From Meyerozyma guilliermondii (Eukaryota), in contig CP128817.1 in the NCBI GenBank assembly GCA_051546255.1, positions 992,001 through 1,056,000 of the forward strand: DNA of 64,000 nt. Reading direction: 5' to 3'. Positions 38,567 to 47,778 of this stretch are shown piece by piece. A model generated the notes under the pieces. The model was given only the letters and a program-made list of their open reading frames with translations. It searched no databases and was not told the DNA's origin. Each line of letters begins with the position of its first letter. The stretch's first letter is position 1. The translations under genes and the position numbers were made by a program.

Positions 38567-39961
38567 CTACTCGCTTTCGTCCGGTTGATGCTGGTTTTCA
38601 AACTTGTACTTTGGAACGAATGGAGGCTTGGTAATGTTGTGGATTTCAAACCACTTGGGAATGCATGAAGCTTTGACCCATGTAAAGTCGTCGCCAATAT
38701 TACAAGTACATCGTCTTTTTGAGCGGATTTCCGGATCATGGGGACAGTCGCTGTTGGGATGGTGGAAATAACCACTATTTTCGAAAAATAAAAGATCTTT
38801 ATAAGGCAAGAGCAACGACACCGCCATGGTGTGAACTGGAGCGTCTCCCCAACGTGAGTAGTAGAAACCTCCAGATTGGTCTATGTGATTGAAGAATGCT
38901 TGGTAGGGTTCCAGCCGGTAGAAGTCCATATCACCAATTTCAAAATTGGACCAAAAATGGCACATATTGTAAGTATTTCCTCCGTCCTCGGTGAGGAATT
39001 CCATATTGTTATCTTTTGCAATGAATTGAGGATTCTGGCGAGAAAATTGGTTGACAGTGTCCCACAAGTTTTCCACGGTAGTATGAAGCTCCAATGGAGC
39101 CAATGTGAATGCATATTTTTTATCGTTTTCTCTCATGTATTTGAACCAATCTTGATCAAAAAGATCACAGCGAAACTGAATTTCTGGTTCCACCCGCCAG
39201 TAATAACGGTACCTCTGCATTTGCGGTAGTTGAAAGAAGAGTCCTGAATTGAACCGGCACATATGACGGTACAGTTCTGAGCCACCATACTTGATTTTTT
39301 CCTGCGCCATATAGTGCATGGTTGCATTGGCCCTTTCGACATCTATCCAAGGTGGATACGACCAAAAGTCCCGAGGTATAAGTTCAAAGTAGGCGTTTCC
39401 GCTAACAAGAGCTTCTATAGATGCAACCAACTGAGGATCAAATGGCTCGTCGTTGGCAAAAACCCAATCGTAATGGTACCTTTTATTGAAGCGATCTTCG
39501 ACCGACTCAATTGCTTGAAGAATGCCTACTTTGTCGCTGTTTCGAACCAAGGAGAAAAAAGTGGCATTTTCACGTTCGCCAGGATCAACCACCTCATTAA
39601 TATGTTCACTGAATCCAACGTAAATCGATCCTATTTTGGACTCGGCGTAGTCAAGCCGATACTCTTGCAACTGCTGCATTTCGGCAAAATCCACTTCCTG
39701 GTCCACATGAATGGGAGTTTGGGGAAACACCACCACACTGGGATCGTCATCAAGGTTTTGGGACAATTCGTCGTTTAGATTGGATGTTTCAGCTGAATTG
39801 GTGGCTTGTGGGGCTTTCTCAAATGAGCCATCCGCCGCATTAATTGCGTTGAAAAGCATTGTAGGGTATATCTGAGCTAACTGTAGGTATGCAATGGCTA
39901 GTAGCAACACCGCAGCTACCGCCACGACGATGCGCCGGACACTTACTCGTCGTGGAAGCAT
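38567..39961 (-). CDS. GT15 alpha-1,2-mannosyltransferase (Kre2/Mnt1/Ktr family)
   Basis: N-terminal anchor; ENATFFSLVRNSD, YGGSESYRHMCRFNSG (CTG=Ser), YYWRVEP, CHFWSNFEI, RWGDAPVH. Confidence 0.93.
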   Translation of the reverse strand: MLPRRVSVRRIVVAVAAVLLLAIAYLQLAQIYPTMLFNAINAADGSFEKAPQATNSAETSNLNDELSQNLDDDPSVVVFPQTPIHVDQEVDFAEMQQLQEYRLDYAESKIGSIYVGFSEHINEVVDPGERENATFFSLVRNSDKVGILQAIESVEDRFNKRYHYDWVFANDEPFDPQLVASIEALVSGNAYFELIPRDFWSYPPWIDVERANATMHYMAQEKIKYGGSELYRHMCRFNSGLFFQLPQMQRYRYYWRVEPEIQFRCDLFDQDWFKYMRENDKKYAFTLAPLELHTTVENLWDTVNQFSRQNPQFIAKDNNMEFLTEDGGNTYNMCHFWSNFEIGDMDFYRLEPYQAFFNHIDQSGGFYYSRWGDAPVHTMAVSLLLPYKDLLFFENSGYFHHPNSDCPHDPEIRSKRRCTCNIGDDFTWVKASCIPKWFEIHNITKPPFVPKYKFENQHQPDESE

Positions 39962-40149
39962 GAAAGATGTCGCGAAGATAAAAGCGAAAAGATAACTAAA
40001 TATGAGAGAAAATAAAAATCATGAAGTAAGGGTCTAGATAAGATAGTTGTGAAGAGGTTACCTATCAGAAGTTGAGTGTAAAGATAATATACGATGAAGA
40101 GTGTAGAGTTACTATAAATATTTGGGTGTAAATAGATAGTTGAGTAAGA

Positions 40150-40262
40150 GAGATGAATGTGTGAGATTAATATGAGATGAATATGTGAGATATGTGAGAT
40201 ATTTGAGATGAATATGAGATGACTATGAGATGAATATGAGATGAAGATATGAGATATATGAG
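40150..40262 (+). repeat. Degenerate short-period satellite (TGAGATGAATA-like, about 9-13 bp units)
   Basis: About 10 GAGAT cores in succession in the intergenic gap. Confidence 0.8.
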
Positions 40263-40404
40263 TTTGAGGTAATAGTGACTGAAAACACTACGTTATGAGA
40301 GTCAATGAATACAAAGTTGTATAATCAAAGAGCTACAGCTCAGAGCTAGTACTGACATGTAGCCACCCTACGAGTAATTAATCGTCTGATTCACTCTTCG
40401 CCCA

Positions 40405-40995
40405 TTACAATCCCTTGGCGTAGTTGCCCGATGCAAAGAACTCCATAATGTTCTTGACAATCTTCTCCAACGCCGCCAACCATTTCTCCAACTCCTCGGC
40501 GACTTTGGCCTGGTCGCTTCCCAATTTTTCAAAAAAGTCTTTGCGGTAGGGACATGCTTTCATGGCCAACTTGAACACCGGCTTGATCAACATACCATGG
40601 TACTGCGATAACGTGGCCGTGTATGCATCGGTGAATGTTTTGGTGAGCTCACGGTCAGGATTGTTCACGGTTTCACGCATGGCTCTGCTGGTGAATTCCA
40701 AACCTCTAGACAACCACAACAAACCTTGAGTGGCGGTCTTGGTTTTAGTGGGCGCCTCACTCAAGATCAAGTCTTGAAGGGTGCCAGCACCCATAGGATC
40801 GCTCAACAATTTCGACCTGATTTTGTTGATGTTACCTGTCATGTCCTTTTGCACCACGGCAAAAGCAGACGATCCCAACAAGTCAAAAAGCTTCACCAAG
40901 GCTTCGGACGCCTCCAAGAAGCCAGCAGTGTCGATTTTGTCATCGGAAACCTTGACGTCAGCGAATGATTTTTTCCCGTCGAAAAACGTTGTCAT
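40405..40995 (-). CDS. Glycolipid transfer protein (GLTP/HET-C2 family)
   Basis: VQKDMTGNINKIR, ATQGLLWLSRGL, AY..TL..YHG, AMKACPYRKDFF.KLG. Confidence 0.92.
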   Translation of the reverse strand: MTTFFDGKKSFADVKVSDDKIDTAGFLEASEALVKLFDLLGSSAFAVVQKDMTGNINKIRSKLLSDPMGAGTLQDLILSEAPTKTKTATQGLLWLSRGLEFTSRAMRETVNNPDRELTKTFTDAYTATLSQYHGMLIKPVFKLAMKACPYRKDFFEKLGSDQAKVAEELEKWLAALEKIVKNIMEFFASGNYAKGL

Positions 40996-41192
40996 GGTGG
41001 ACGCGAGATGTCAAAGTTCGCGGATTAGTACAGGACAGGGCTCAAATGAAAGAATAACCAGAAAAAAGAGAAAGACAAAAACAGAAAATCAAACCAGAAA
41101 AATACTAAATTATAAACCAAATCATATACCTGCTTTCTTCTTCCTTCTTTCTTCTACACTTCTTTTCTACGCTTCTCATCATATCATGTCTA

Positions 41193-42266
41193 TTACCATA
41201 CCAAGTCAGGTGCCCACAGCACTCGTTTCGGTTTCGGACTTTTCACCTGTGTTTCCACTTCAACTCCCGATGAGGGCGTAGAAACTTGCAGCCTATAAGC
41301 ATCAAATTGGTTTCGTGTATAGAAACCAAGACTATGGTCTTTGTTGTCTTTTTTCGCAGCCGTTTGCGTATGAGTAAGTCCTCTAATAAGGGCCATTTTG
41401 GGTTTCTTCTTTGCCGGTCCAGTTTCTTCATTGGTGGGGATTTGTACCACCTCGCTAATGTTCTCTGGAAGTGGAAAGCCCTCGCAATTGGACGAGTTTA
41501 ATTCGGTTGCAAATTGAGTGGCATCGTTAACCAATCCGGTCAGCAGCTCCACTATATATATTAATTCTTTCTGGTTTTTCAAACAACTTCGGCCGGCTTC
41601 AATGGTCTTCTTGGGTGCACAGATCCGGTTTGGTGATCGCAGTATCTTGTCATGTGGTTTGTTCATGTCGAAATTGGTGAGATTGGAGAGGGGACGAAGC
41701 ACCGGAATTTGCGATTTGTTGGTAGGTCTTCGAGGTGCTTGAAAGAATACTTTGCTTGATTTTTTGATTTTGTCGTTGGTTTTTGATTTGGAAGGGTCCA
41801 TGTTGATGTTTTCTTTGTCTAAGAACGCATTGAGTTTGAAATCTAATTCGTCGGCTCTCATAACTTCGTGCTTTTTGAATCTACCCTGGTAGATTCTCGT
41901 GCGCAATTCGTCATCTAACTCATAGTCCTTTTGTGTGAGACCGAGATCATTAACGAGCTTTTCGATTTTGGCATTGTTGATCTGGGCTTCATAGTATATA
42001 TCTTCTTCTTCAAGTCCAAAGACGTCTTTTTTGCAATTATTATTACGCATGTTATTTGTGACTTGGAACAACTCATTGCCAGAGGAGGGTGCAGGGAGGA
42101 AAGGAACCAGTATATATGGAACCTCTCCATTCACTTTTTGTCGTTTCTTTTTGGGGCTTGCAAATTGTGCGGCTTCGTCTTCCAATAAATCTCGGAGATC
42201 AAGTTGAAAATCCGGTGCGACCATGTCTATTCCCCCATCTTCCGATAGAGACGACGATGAGTCCAT
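41193..42266 (-). CDS. Hypothetical protein with cell-cycle short linear motifs
   Basis: 357-aa ORF; KEN, SQIP, SP-basic Cdk-type sites, C-terminal KRVSW (CTG=Ser); no family recognised. Confidence 0.7.
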   Translation of the reverse strand: MDSSSSLSEDGGIDMVAPDFQLDLRDLLEDEAAQFASPKKKRQKVNGEVPYILVPFLPAPSSGNELFQVTNNMRNNNCKKDVFGLEEEDIYYEAQINNAKIEKLVNDLGLTQKDYELDDELRTRIYQGRFKKHEVMRADELDFKLNAFLDKENINMDPSKSKTNDKIKKSSKVFFQAPRRPTNKSQIPVLRPLSNLTNFDMNKPHDKILRSPNRICAPKKTIEAGRSCLKNQKELIYIVELLTGLVNDATQFATELNSSNCEGFPLPENISEVVQIPTNEETGPAKKKPKMALIRGLTHTQTAAKKDNKDHSLGFYTRNQFDAYRLQVSTPSSGVEVETQVKSPKPKRVLWAPDLVW

Positions 42267-42330
42267 GAGAATTTGTTTTGAATATTACTCGGTGTTCTTA
42301 TCTTAAGTGTTCGTTTTTGTCCATGATGAG

Positions 42331-42357
42331 TATTTACAAACCGACCCAAATAGGAAA
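42331..42357 (-). promoter_or_regulatory. Mcm1 plus forkhead composite element
   Basis: Minus strand reads TTTCCTATTTGGG-TCGGTTT-GTAAATA, 65-90 bp upstream of ATG 42266. Confidence 0.55.
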
Positions 42358-42550
42358 TTGCGACCCATCCACAAACGGCTTGGGAGTAACCGAAGTGGAA
42401 GATCAGGGACTCGTGGCGTCTATCGGATGCTACATGTGATCACTTGGCTGGTAAACGAATGAGAATACAGAATGAGAACTATTTGAACTGAGAACTTGAA
42501 TTGAGAATTATTTGGATTTGAGAACTGATCTAAATTTCATTGGACTGCAT

Positions 42551-42583
42551 TTTGACTGATTTTGACTGATTTTGACTGATTTT
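42551..42583 (+). repeat. Perfect 10-bp tandem repeat TTTGACTGAT x3
   Basis: Read directly; abuts the stop codon of the beta-glucosidase. Confidence 0.9.
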
Positions 42584-45107
42584 ACAATCCCAACCAGTAC
42601 TCTGTGCTCTCAATAGTAAACTTGTCCTTTAATGGTGTATCCGCAGAACTCGTTCCTACAAGAACCTCGTAGTCTCCTTTTTCAGAACACCATTTGTTCT
42701 TGTATTCGTTCCAATACGAGGTTGCTTCTCTCACCGAAAACGTCATTGAAACCTTCTTTGATTCTCCCTTTTTCAAGAATACCTTGGCAAAATCCTTCAA
42801 TTCCTTAACGGGACGAGGAATTGAGGGTCTCACGTGGTGGATGTAGGCCTGAACAATTTCTGCTCCTGCTACCAGACCAGTATTTTTCACATTGACCTCG
42901 ACAACAATTTGATCTTTCTTATGCTGAACCTTTAGTCCAGAAACCTCGAAAGTGGTATAGGATAACCCAAAACCAAAGGGGAACAAAACGTCTCTTTTTG
43001 TCTTTTCGTACCATCTGTAACCAACATAGACATCTTCACCATATAACACTCTTCCATGGTCACTTGTAAAGTTGACAAACGATGGGTTATCTTCAATCGC
43101 CTTGGGGAATGTCATAGATAACTTTCCAGAAGGATTAACTGTGCCGAAAAGAACATCGGCAATGGCATTTCCCAACTCATTACCACCGTACCATGCGTGA
43201 ACCAAACCTTGAATTTTGTCTATCCAAGGCATTGCAACCGGCGAACCACTTTGGTTGACAACAATAACATTCTTGTTAACCTCGCAAACTTGGTCTACAA
43301 GCTGCGTTGTGTACCCAGGAATGTCCATATCTGGTCTATCGAAACCCTCCGATTCCCATTCCTTCGAAAGTCCCAAGCACAAAATAACCCTATCGCTGTC
43401 TTTAGCCACTTCTACGGCTCTCTTAATCATGTCCTGAGGATCTACCTTTTCTCTAAATCCAAAAAAGACACCTCCAGCTTCTTTGTGAATACAAGGTAAA
43501 GTATAAGTTGGACTGGTTCCAAATTCCACTCGAATATTGTATGTCTTTCCCTTTTCCAATTTGATTTCTGAAACCTCTTCCCTCGTACCCATTCCCAAGA
43601 AAAAGGCATCGCCGTACTCCTGCTTGGTTTTGTTGTCTACCAAAAGTTTCTCGTCCACGAAAACTTGAGCTGTTCCCAAGCACGAACAGCCAAACTCGAA
43701 AGTCGACGAAACGTCTGGGGTAAAGGTTCCTTCTATGTCAATGTAGTAGAGGAGTTGACCTTTTTCAAGCTTTTCATGGTAAAAATCTGGAAGAAACACT
43801 TTACTGGTCTGAAGTGGTAGTTCGTGAAATAATTCTCTATCGGCAGTGCCAGGAGCATGCTTATAGAATTTGGCCATGAGTCCTGGTTTTCCATTGTATT
43901 CTGTAATTGTGGCCACATCCGGTAAAGTTTTGTCTAGAGTAGCACCCATAGCATACTCCAATTCAATTGAGTTTCCAGCTTCTTCCAATTTGGCTTTAAT
44001 GCCTTCGTATGGAGTGATTTTGTATCTGGTAGTCATAGAAGCAGAACCTCCACCAGAATCCTGAGCAGCTTTGGCATTGGGTCCAATTACTGCAATCTTT
44101 TTGATAGTCGAACTGGCTTTGACTGGCAATGGCAAAATATCATTGTTCTTTAAAAGTACAAGTGATTCTCCACCAGATTTTCTCAAAAGCTGCGAAGCCT
44201 CTTTGGTATCATTTGCCAATTCTTCAGCGTCGTCTTTAATGCCAATTTCCTGGGCAAGTCTGACAGCATTGAGCACCCGTCTAGCATTCTCCGTAATGAC
44301 ATCTTCATGGATTTCGTTGCAATTGACTTTGTGAGCGGTCTGAATCTCTTGTCTGTACCTTGTAGGACCTGGCATTTCCAAGTTGAGTCCTGCGTCAAGT
44401 GACTCTTTAATACTGTAGGTTCCAAACCAGTCAGACATTGTCATTCCGTCATACTTCCATTCTCTTCTTAAAATATTCTGGAGGTATTCTTGCGACTGTG
44501 ACACATGAACTCCATTGATCTTGTTGTACGAAGTCATCAACGATTTGGGATCAGCATCACGAAGGGCGATTTGAAATGGTTTCAAGTAGATTTCACGAAC
44601 CGCTCTGTCTGTCACAAGCACATCAATTCCTTTCCGATTATCCTCCAAATCGTTACACACAAAATGCTTAAGGCAAGCCAACACTTTTTCACTCTGAATT
44701 CCTTGAATAATGTATGAAGCGGCATGGCCAGAAAGCACGGGATCTTCCGAGTACAGTTCAAAAGACCGACCCCCTAAAGGAGATCTCACAATATTACACG
44801 TAGGTCCCAATATAACATGAGCACCTTTCATGATAGCTTCTTTTCCCATCAACTTTCCAACCTCATGCAACAATTCCTTATTAAAAGTAGCCGCAAGTCC
44901 GGTTCCACAAGGAAAACAGTTGGAGGGAATTGCATTGAAAAACTTGGTTCCCCTAATTCCATTGGGTCCATCAGACACTCGAATACTGGGGATGTCTAAT
45001 CTTGGAATCGGTACAGTATGCCAAAAATCTTTACCAGCAAGCAAGGATATTTTCTCCTCGAGGGTCAATTGGTCGAGGAGAGCCTCGACGTCCATTTTTC
45101 TCGCCAT
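42582..45107 (-). CDS. Intracellular GH3 beta-glucosidase with PA14 and Fn3-like domains
   Basis: SDGPNGIRG, GGRSFESYSEDP (CTG=Ser), KHFVCND, nucleophile motif MSDW, EWESEGFDR, FPFGFGLSYTTF; no signal peptide; TATA on minus strand near 45139-45146 supports start at 45107. Confidence 0.95.
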   Translation of the reverse strand: MARKMDVEALLDQLTLEEKISLLAGKDFWHTVPIPRLDIPSIRVSDGPNGIRGTKFFNAIPSNCFPCGTGLAATFNKELLHEVGKLMGKEAIMKGAHVILGPTCNIVRSPLGGRSFELYSEDPVLSGHAASYIIQGIQSEKVLACLKHFVCNDLEDNRKGIDVLVTDRAVREIYLKPFQIALRDADPKSLMTSYNKINGVHVSQSQEYLQNILRREWKYDGMTMSDWFGTYSIKESLDAGLNLEMPGPTRYRQEIQTAHKVNCNEIHEDVITENARRVLNAVRLAQEIGIKDDAEELANDTKEASQLLRKSGGESLVLLKNNDILPLPVKASSTIKKIAVIGPNAKAAQDSGGGSASMTTRYKITPYEGIKAKLEEAGNSIELEYAMGATLDKTLPDVATITEYNGKPGLMAKFYKHAPGTADRELFHELPLQTSKVFLPDFYHEKLEKGQLLYYIDIEGTFTPDVSSTFEFGCSCLGTAQVFVDEKLLVDNKTKQEYGDAFFLGMGTREEVSEIKLEKGKTYNIRVEFGTSPTYTLPCIHKEAGGVFFGFREKVDPQDMIKRAVEVAKDSDRVILCLGLSKEWESEGFDRPDMDIPGYTTQLVDQVCEVNKNVIVVNQSGSPVAMPWIDKIQGLVHAWYGGNELGNAIADVLFGTVNPSGKLSMTFPKAIEDNPSFVNFTSDHGRVLYGEDVYVGYRWYEKTKRDVLFPFGFGLSYTTFEVSGLKVQHKKDQIVVEVNVKNTGLVAGAEIVQAYIHHVRPSIPRPVKELKDFAKVFLKKGESKKVSMTFSVREATSYWNEYKNKWCSEKGDYEVLVGTSSADTPLKDKFTIESTEYWLGL

Positions 45108-45204
45108 TTTCTTGGGGAATTGACGACTGGCAGCCGCCTTATATATCCAAGGCTGCATCCTCCTCGTATGCAACCACGCAAGACTTTCCTGTTTCGGACA
45201 CCCA

Positions 45205-45221
45205 GTGGGGATCTTCCCCAC
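45205..45221. promoter_or_regulatory. Inverted pair of Mig1-type GTGGGG sites
   Basis: GTGGGGA-TCT-TCCCCAC about 100 bp upstream of the beta-glucosidase ATG. Confidence 0.55.
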
Positions 45222-45663
45222 AAAACCGGTCGGGATCTATGAATTTTCCGATGACGAAAAGGGCTGCATTTCCGACCAAAATTGAAGTTGAAATTGAAAC
45301 TGTAAGATGGGTTTGAACTGCGGTTGAGGTTTCAGAGTGTGGGAAATCGCTGGTGAAACGATCTCGAAACAATCCCGAACCAGTCACGTGAGAAATCGAC
45401 TTTTTAAATGCCTAAAATAACGAGGATAGAGTCTTTAGAAATGAAGATAAAGTCCATGGCTAAAAGAAGAAGAGAACCAACTCGACCGCTTCATTGACGC
45501 AATGACTCACTCAAAAATTATTTCAATCAAATTTTCAAATCGCAGCCATCAATTTCATAGATTATTTTTAATTTGCAGCCATCGTCTAACAATCCTGTCA
45601 CAATGATCAACCAACAAAAGGTATAACACTACCGGAAATCACCTGGGGATCCATAACACTTGT

Positions 45664-46719
45664 ATGAGCCGGAACAACATCCCTCTTTCTCCTATTCTCG
45701 ATGGGCTACTGGAACTTCACCATACTCATTCTATCGACTACCTACTAGTTGTACGGCAAAAAAATGTACTTCTGACCCATACAATGGGATTTTCAAGTAT
45801 ACAAAGTGACCAAGTGATGGAATTGCTCGATTCTGGAAAAGGTGGTATTCTTGATATAAAGCCAGTGCTTCAAACGATGAAGATACTTGAACTAAAAAAT
45901 GGTTCAGCAGAAGCAATTGAGCATCAGTATAAAGATTTACTAACTTGTATCACTCAGAATATTTGCAAAAGGATTTCAAAGGAATGGATCAAAGTAATTG
46001 AACCAAATAAGCAGGCTCACTTTCCTTATAAAGCTTTCAACGACAGTAAACCTCCATGGTGGCCCCACGAAGTCAACCATATTGAACCCGACCATTTGGA
46101 TAAACCAGGAAGAATTAGTCTTATGATTCAAATTCTCCGAAATCTTGAGTTTAGTTGGAAAAGTCTTCGTGATTCTGTGATGCATATCAAGTTTAGGCAC
46201 AAGCATACCGACCGACTTCTTCAAGAGGTATTCTATATAGCGTTGTTGGATCGTGCCAAACGTGGTCTCAATCATCCTTACTACTGTAGGGAATATTTGG
46301 AATTAATCGATGAGCTGACTATAACTGCATTGCATAATGAAGTAGTTCAGTTTCCAGTAAGCAATTTGGCTGCTTCTAGAAACAAAGGACGAGAGGAAGG
46401 CTTGCTTATGGTGAGTCAGATCCAAGACGATATGATAAATTTGGTGTCGTTTGACCTTGAAGCTGTTCACAGGACTCCAGAAAAGGGACGTAAAAAGCGA
46501 AAAAGGTCCAATTCTGAAGAGGAAAAAGAACTTCAGGAAGTTTTTCCAAAACGGTATACTGTTCCCATAGAAGAGCTCTTGAGTGAAGACGGTCCAATGC
46601 CAAGTACAAGTTTGGTTATAACCTCAGAAACAGCTCAGAGCCATGAAGATTGGTCTCAAGGACATCTCGCCATGGACTATTCGGAATCTCTGTATGACGA
46701 TATGAATCTGAAAAACTGA
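45664..46719 (+). CDS. DUF2841/YDR124W-like protein
   Basis: CK.I.KEWIKVIEP.KQ..FPY.....KPPWWP..V.H.EPDHL.K..RI.L...ILR; basic NLS-like RKKRKR. Confidence 0.8.
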   Translation: MSRNNIPLSPILDGLLELHHTHSIDYLLVVRQKNVLLTHTMGFSSIQSDQVMELLDSGKGGILDIKPVLQTMKILELKNGSAEAIEHQYKDLLTCITQNICKRISKEWIKVIEPNKQAHFPYKAFNDSKPPWWPHEVNHIEPDHLDKPGRISLMIQILRNLEFSWKSLRDSVMHIKFRHKHTDRLLQEVFYIALLDRAKRGLNHPYYCREYLELIDELTITALHNEVVQFPVSNLAASRNKGREEGLLMVSQIQDDMINLVSFDLEAVHRTPEKGRKKRKRSNSEEEKELQEVFPKRYTVPIEELLSEDGPMPSTSLVITSETAQSHEDWSQGHLAMDYSESLYDDMNLKN

Positions 46720-46950
46720 AAAGAAAAACCAAGAAAAAAAACTAAGAAGAGTACTAAAAAAATCCAAAAAGTACTTGAATGTCTAATGATTTGTGACTAC
46801 GCTGTGCCGAGGAATTGTGTTTGTACCGTCTGTTTGTACCCGTCTGTTTGTACCCATTTTGTGCCGTCTCTGTGCCGTCTGTCTGTGTCGCACTATTCAA
46901 ATCTCAACTGGCTGCAAATCACCAGGCTTGTATTCTTGACCTAAATTACT

Positions 46951-47667
46951 ATGGCTGCTATCGAGACTAACCCACCACTTCACTCCGAGGTTCCCGCTGA
47001 AGTTGCTGTGACAGCTGCTAATGAACCAGAAAAAGTGAGACTTCTTTCCAGAATCCAAAAATATTCGTTGGTCCATGGAACCAGAGCGGTAGTTCAAACA
47101 GTACCAGGAACTTCGTGGGCTACCGGGATCGTTTCTCTGGTATATGAACCATTGAGAAACAGCTTTCTCTTGAGATACGCCATGGATACAAGTGACATGA
47201 TTTTGGTTGGATTGTTGGACCAATGTGACGGATTGGTTGGAGTTCTTGGAACTAGAGAGGAGCCTACTGCTGCAAATGAACCTGTTCAAGATGCTCAGGC
47301 GGGTGCTGAAGCGGCTCCTGAGGCTGGTGAAGCTGGTGCTGAGGCAGGTCCTTCAGATGTGCAATCTCGGCTCGACAAACCGGCCAACGATGGCTCGTTT
47401 CTCAATCGTCTTGGACTGAACGCCAGAGACCAATTCCGCTATGTGGTCTACGACAATGATGGGGGTCGTTTTTTCGCTGGTCCGGCAGATTTAGTGTTTG
47501 GGGGGATTAACAGAGGCGTGGAAAGCTTTGTGTCAAACCACTGGCCCCAAACCAAATTTCCTGAAAACTACAATGGGGAATTTGCCAAGCTGATGATGTT
47601 GTTGCGGACCATTTTGCACCGTGATTATGCCGTGGAACCCGCTAACAACCAGGTGGCCGACAACTAG
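46951..47667 (+). CDS. Hypothetical protein, possibly Sps4/Pet10 (perilipin-like) related
   Basis: 238-aa ORF with good start context; N-terminal helical region loosely like fungal perilipins; A/E/G/P-rich linker; family call weak. Confidence 0.5.
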   Translation: MAAIETNPPLHSEVPAEVAVTAANEPEKVRLLSRIQKYSLVHGTRAVVQTVPGTSWATGIVSLVYEPLRNSFLLRYAMDTSDMILVGLLDQCDGLVGVLGTREEPTAANEPVQDAQAGAEAAPEAGEAGAEAGPSDVQSRLDKPANDGSFLNRLGLNARDQFRYVVYDNDGGRFFAGPADLVFGGINRGVESFVSNHWPQTKFPENYNGEFAKLMMLLRTILHRDYAVEPANNQVADN

Positions 47668-47778
47668 ATATACTAGAGAAGCTTTGAATTAGATCTGTTT
47701 TGATACACCAAAGTAGACTGTGACATGCATTAATACTTTACAAGGGGAGTTCCCAACAACATTGATATCGAAAAAAAC

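Noticed and set aside
40150..40262. CRISPR-like or telomeric array
   Set aside because: Eukaryotic context, no unique spacers, units degenerate and internal to a normal gene-dense region.
40405..40995. HET-C2-like gene as a heterokaryon incompatibility system
   Set aside because: It is a conserved glycolipid transfer protein; no NLR or HET-domain partner occurs in the window.
45383..45390. GTCACGTG (and CACGTGA at 56272) as centromere CDEI
   Set aside because: No AT-rich CDEII or CDEIII follows, and this clade is not known to use point centromeres; ordinary Cbf1-type promoter sites are more likely.
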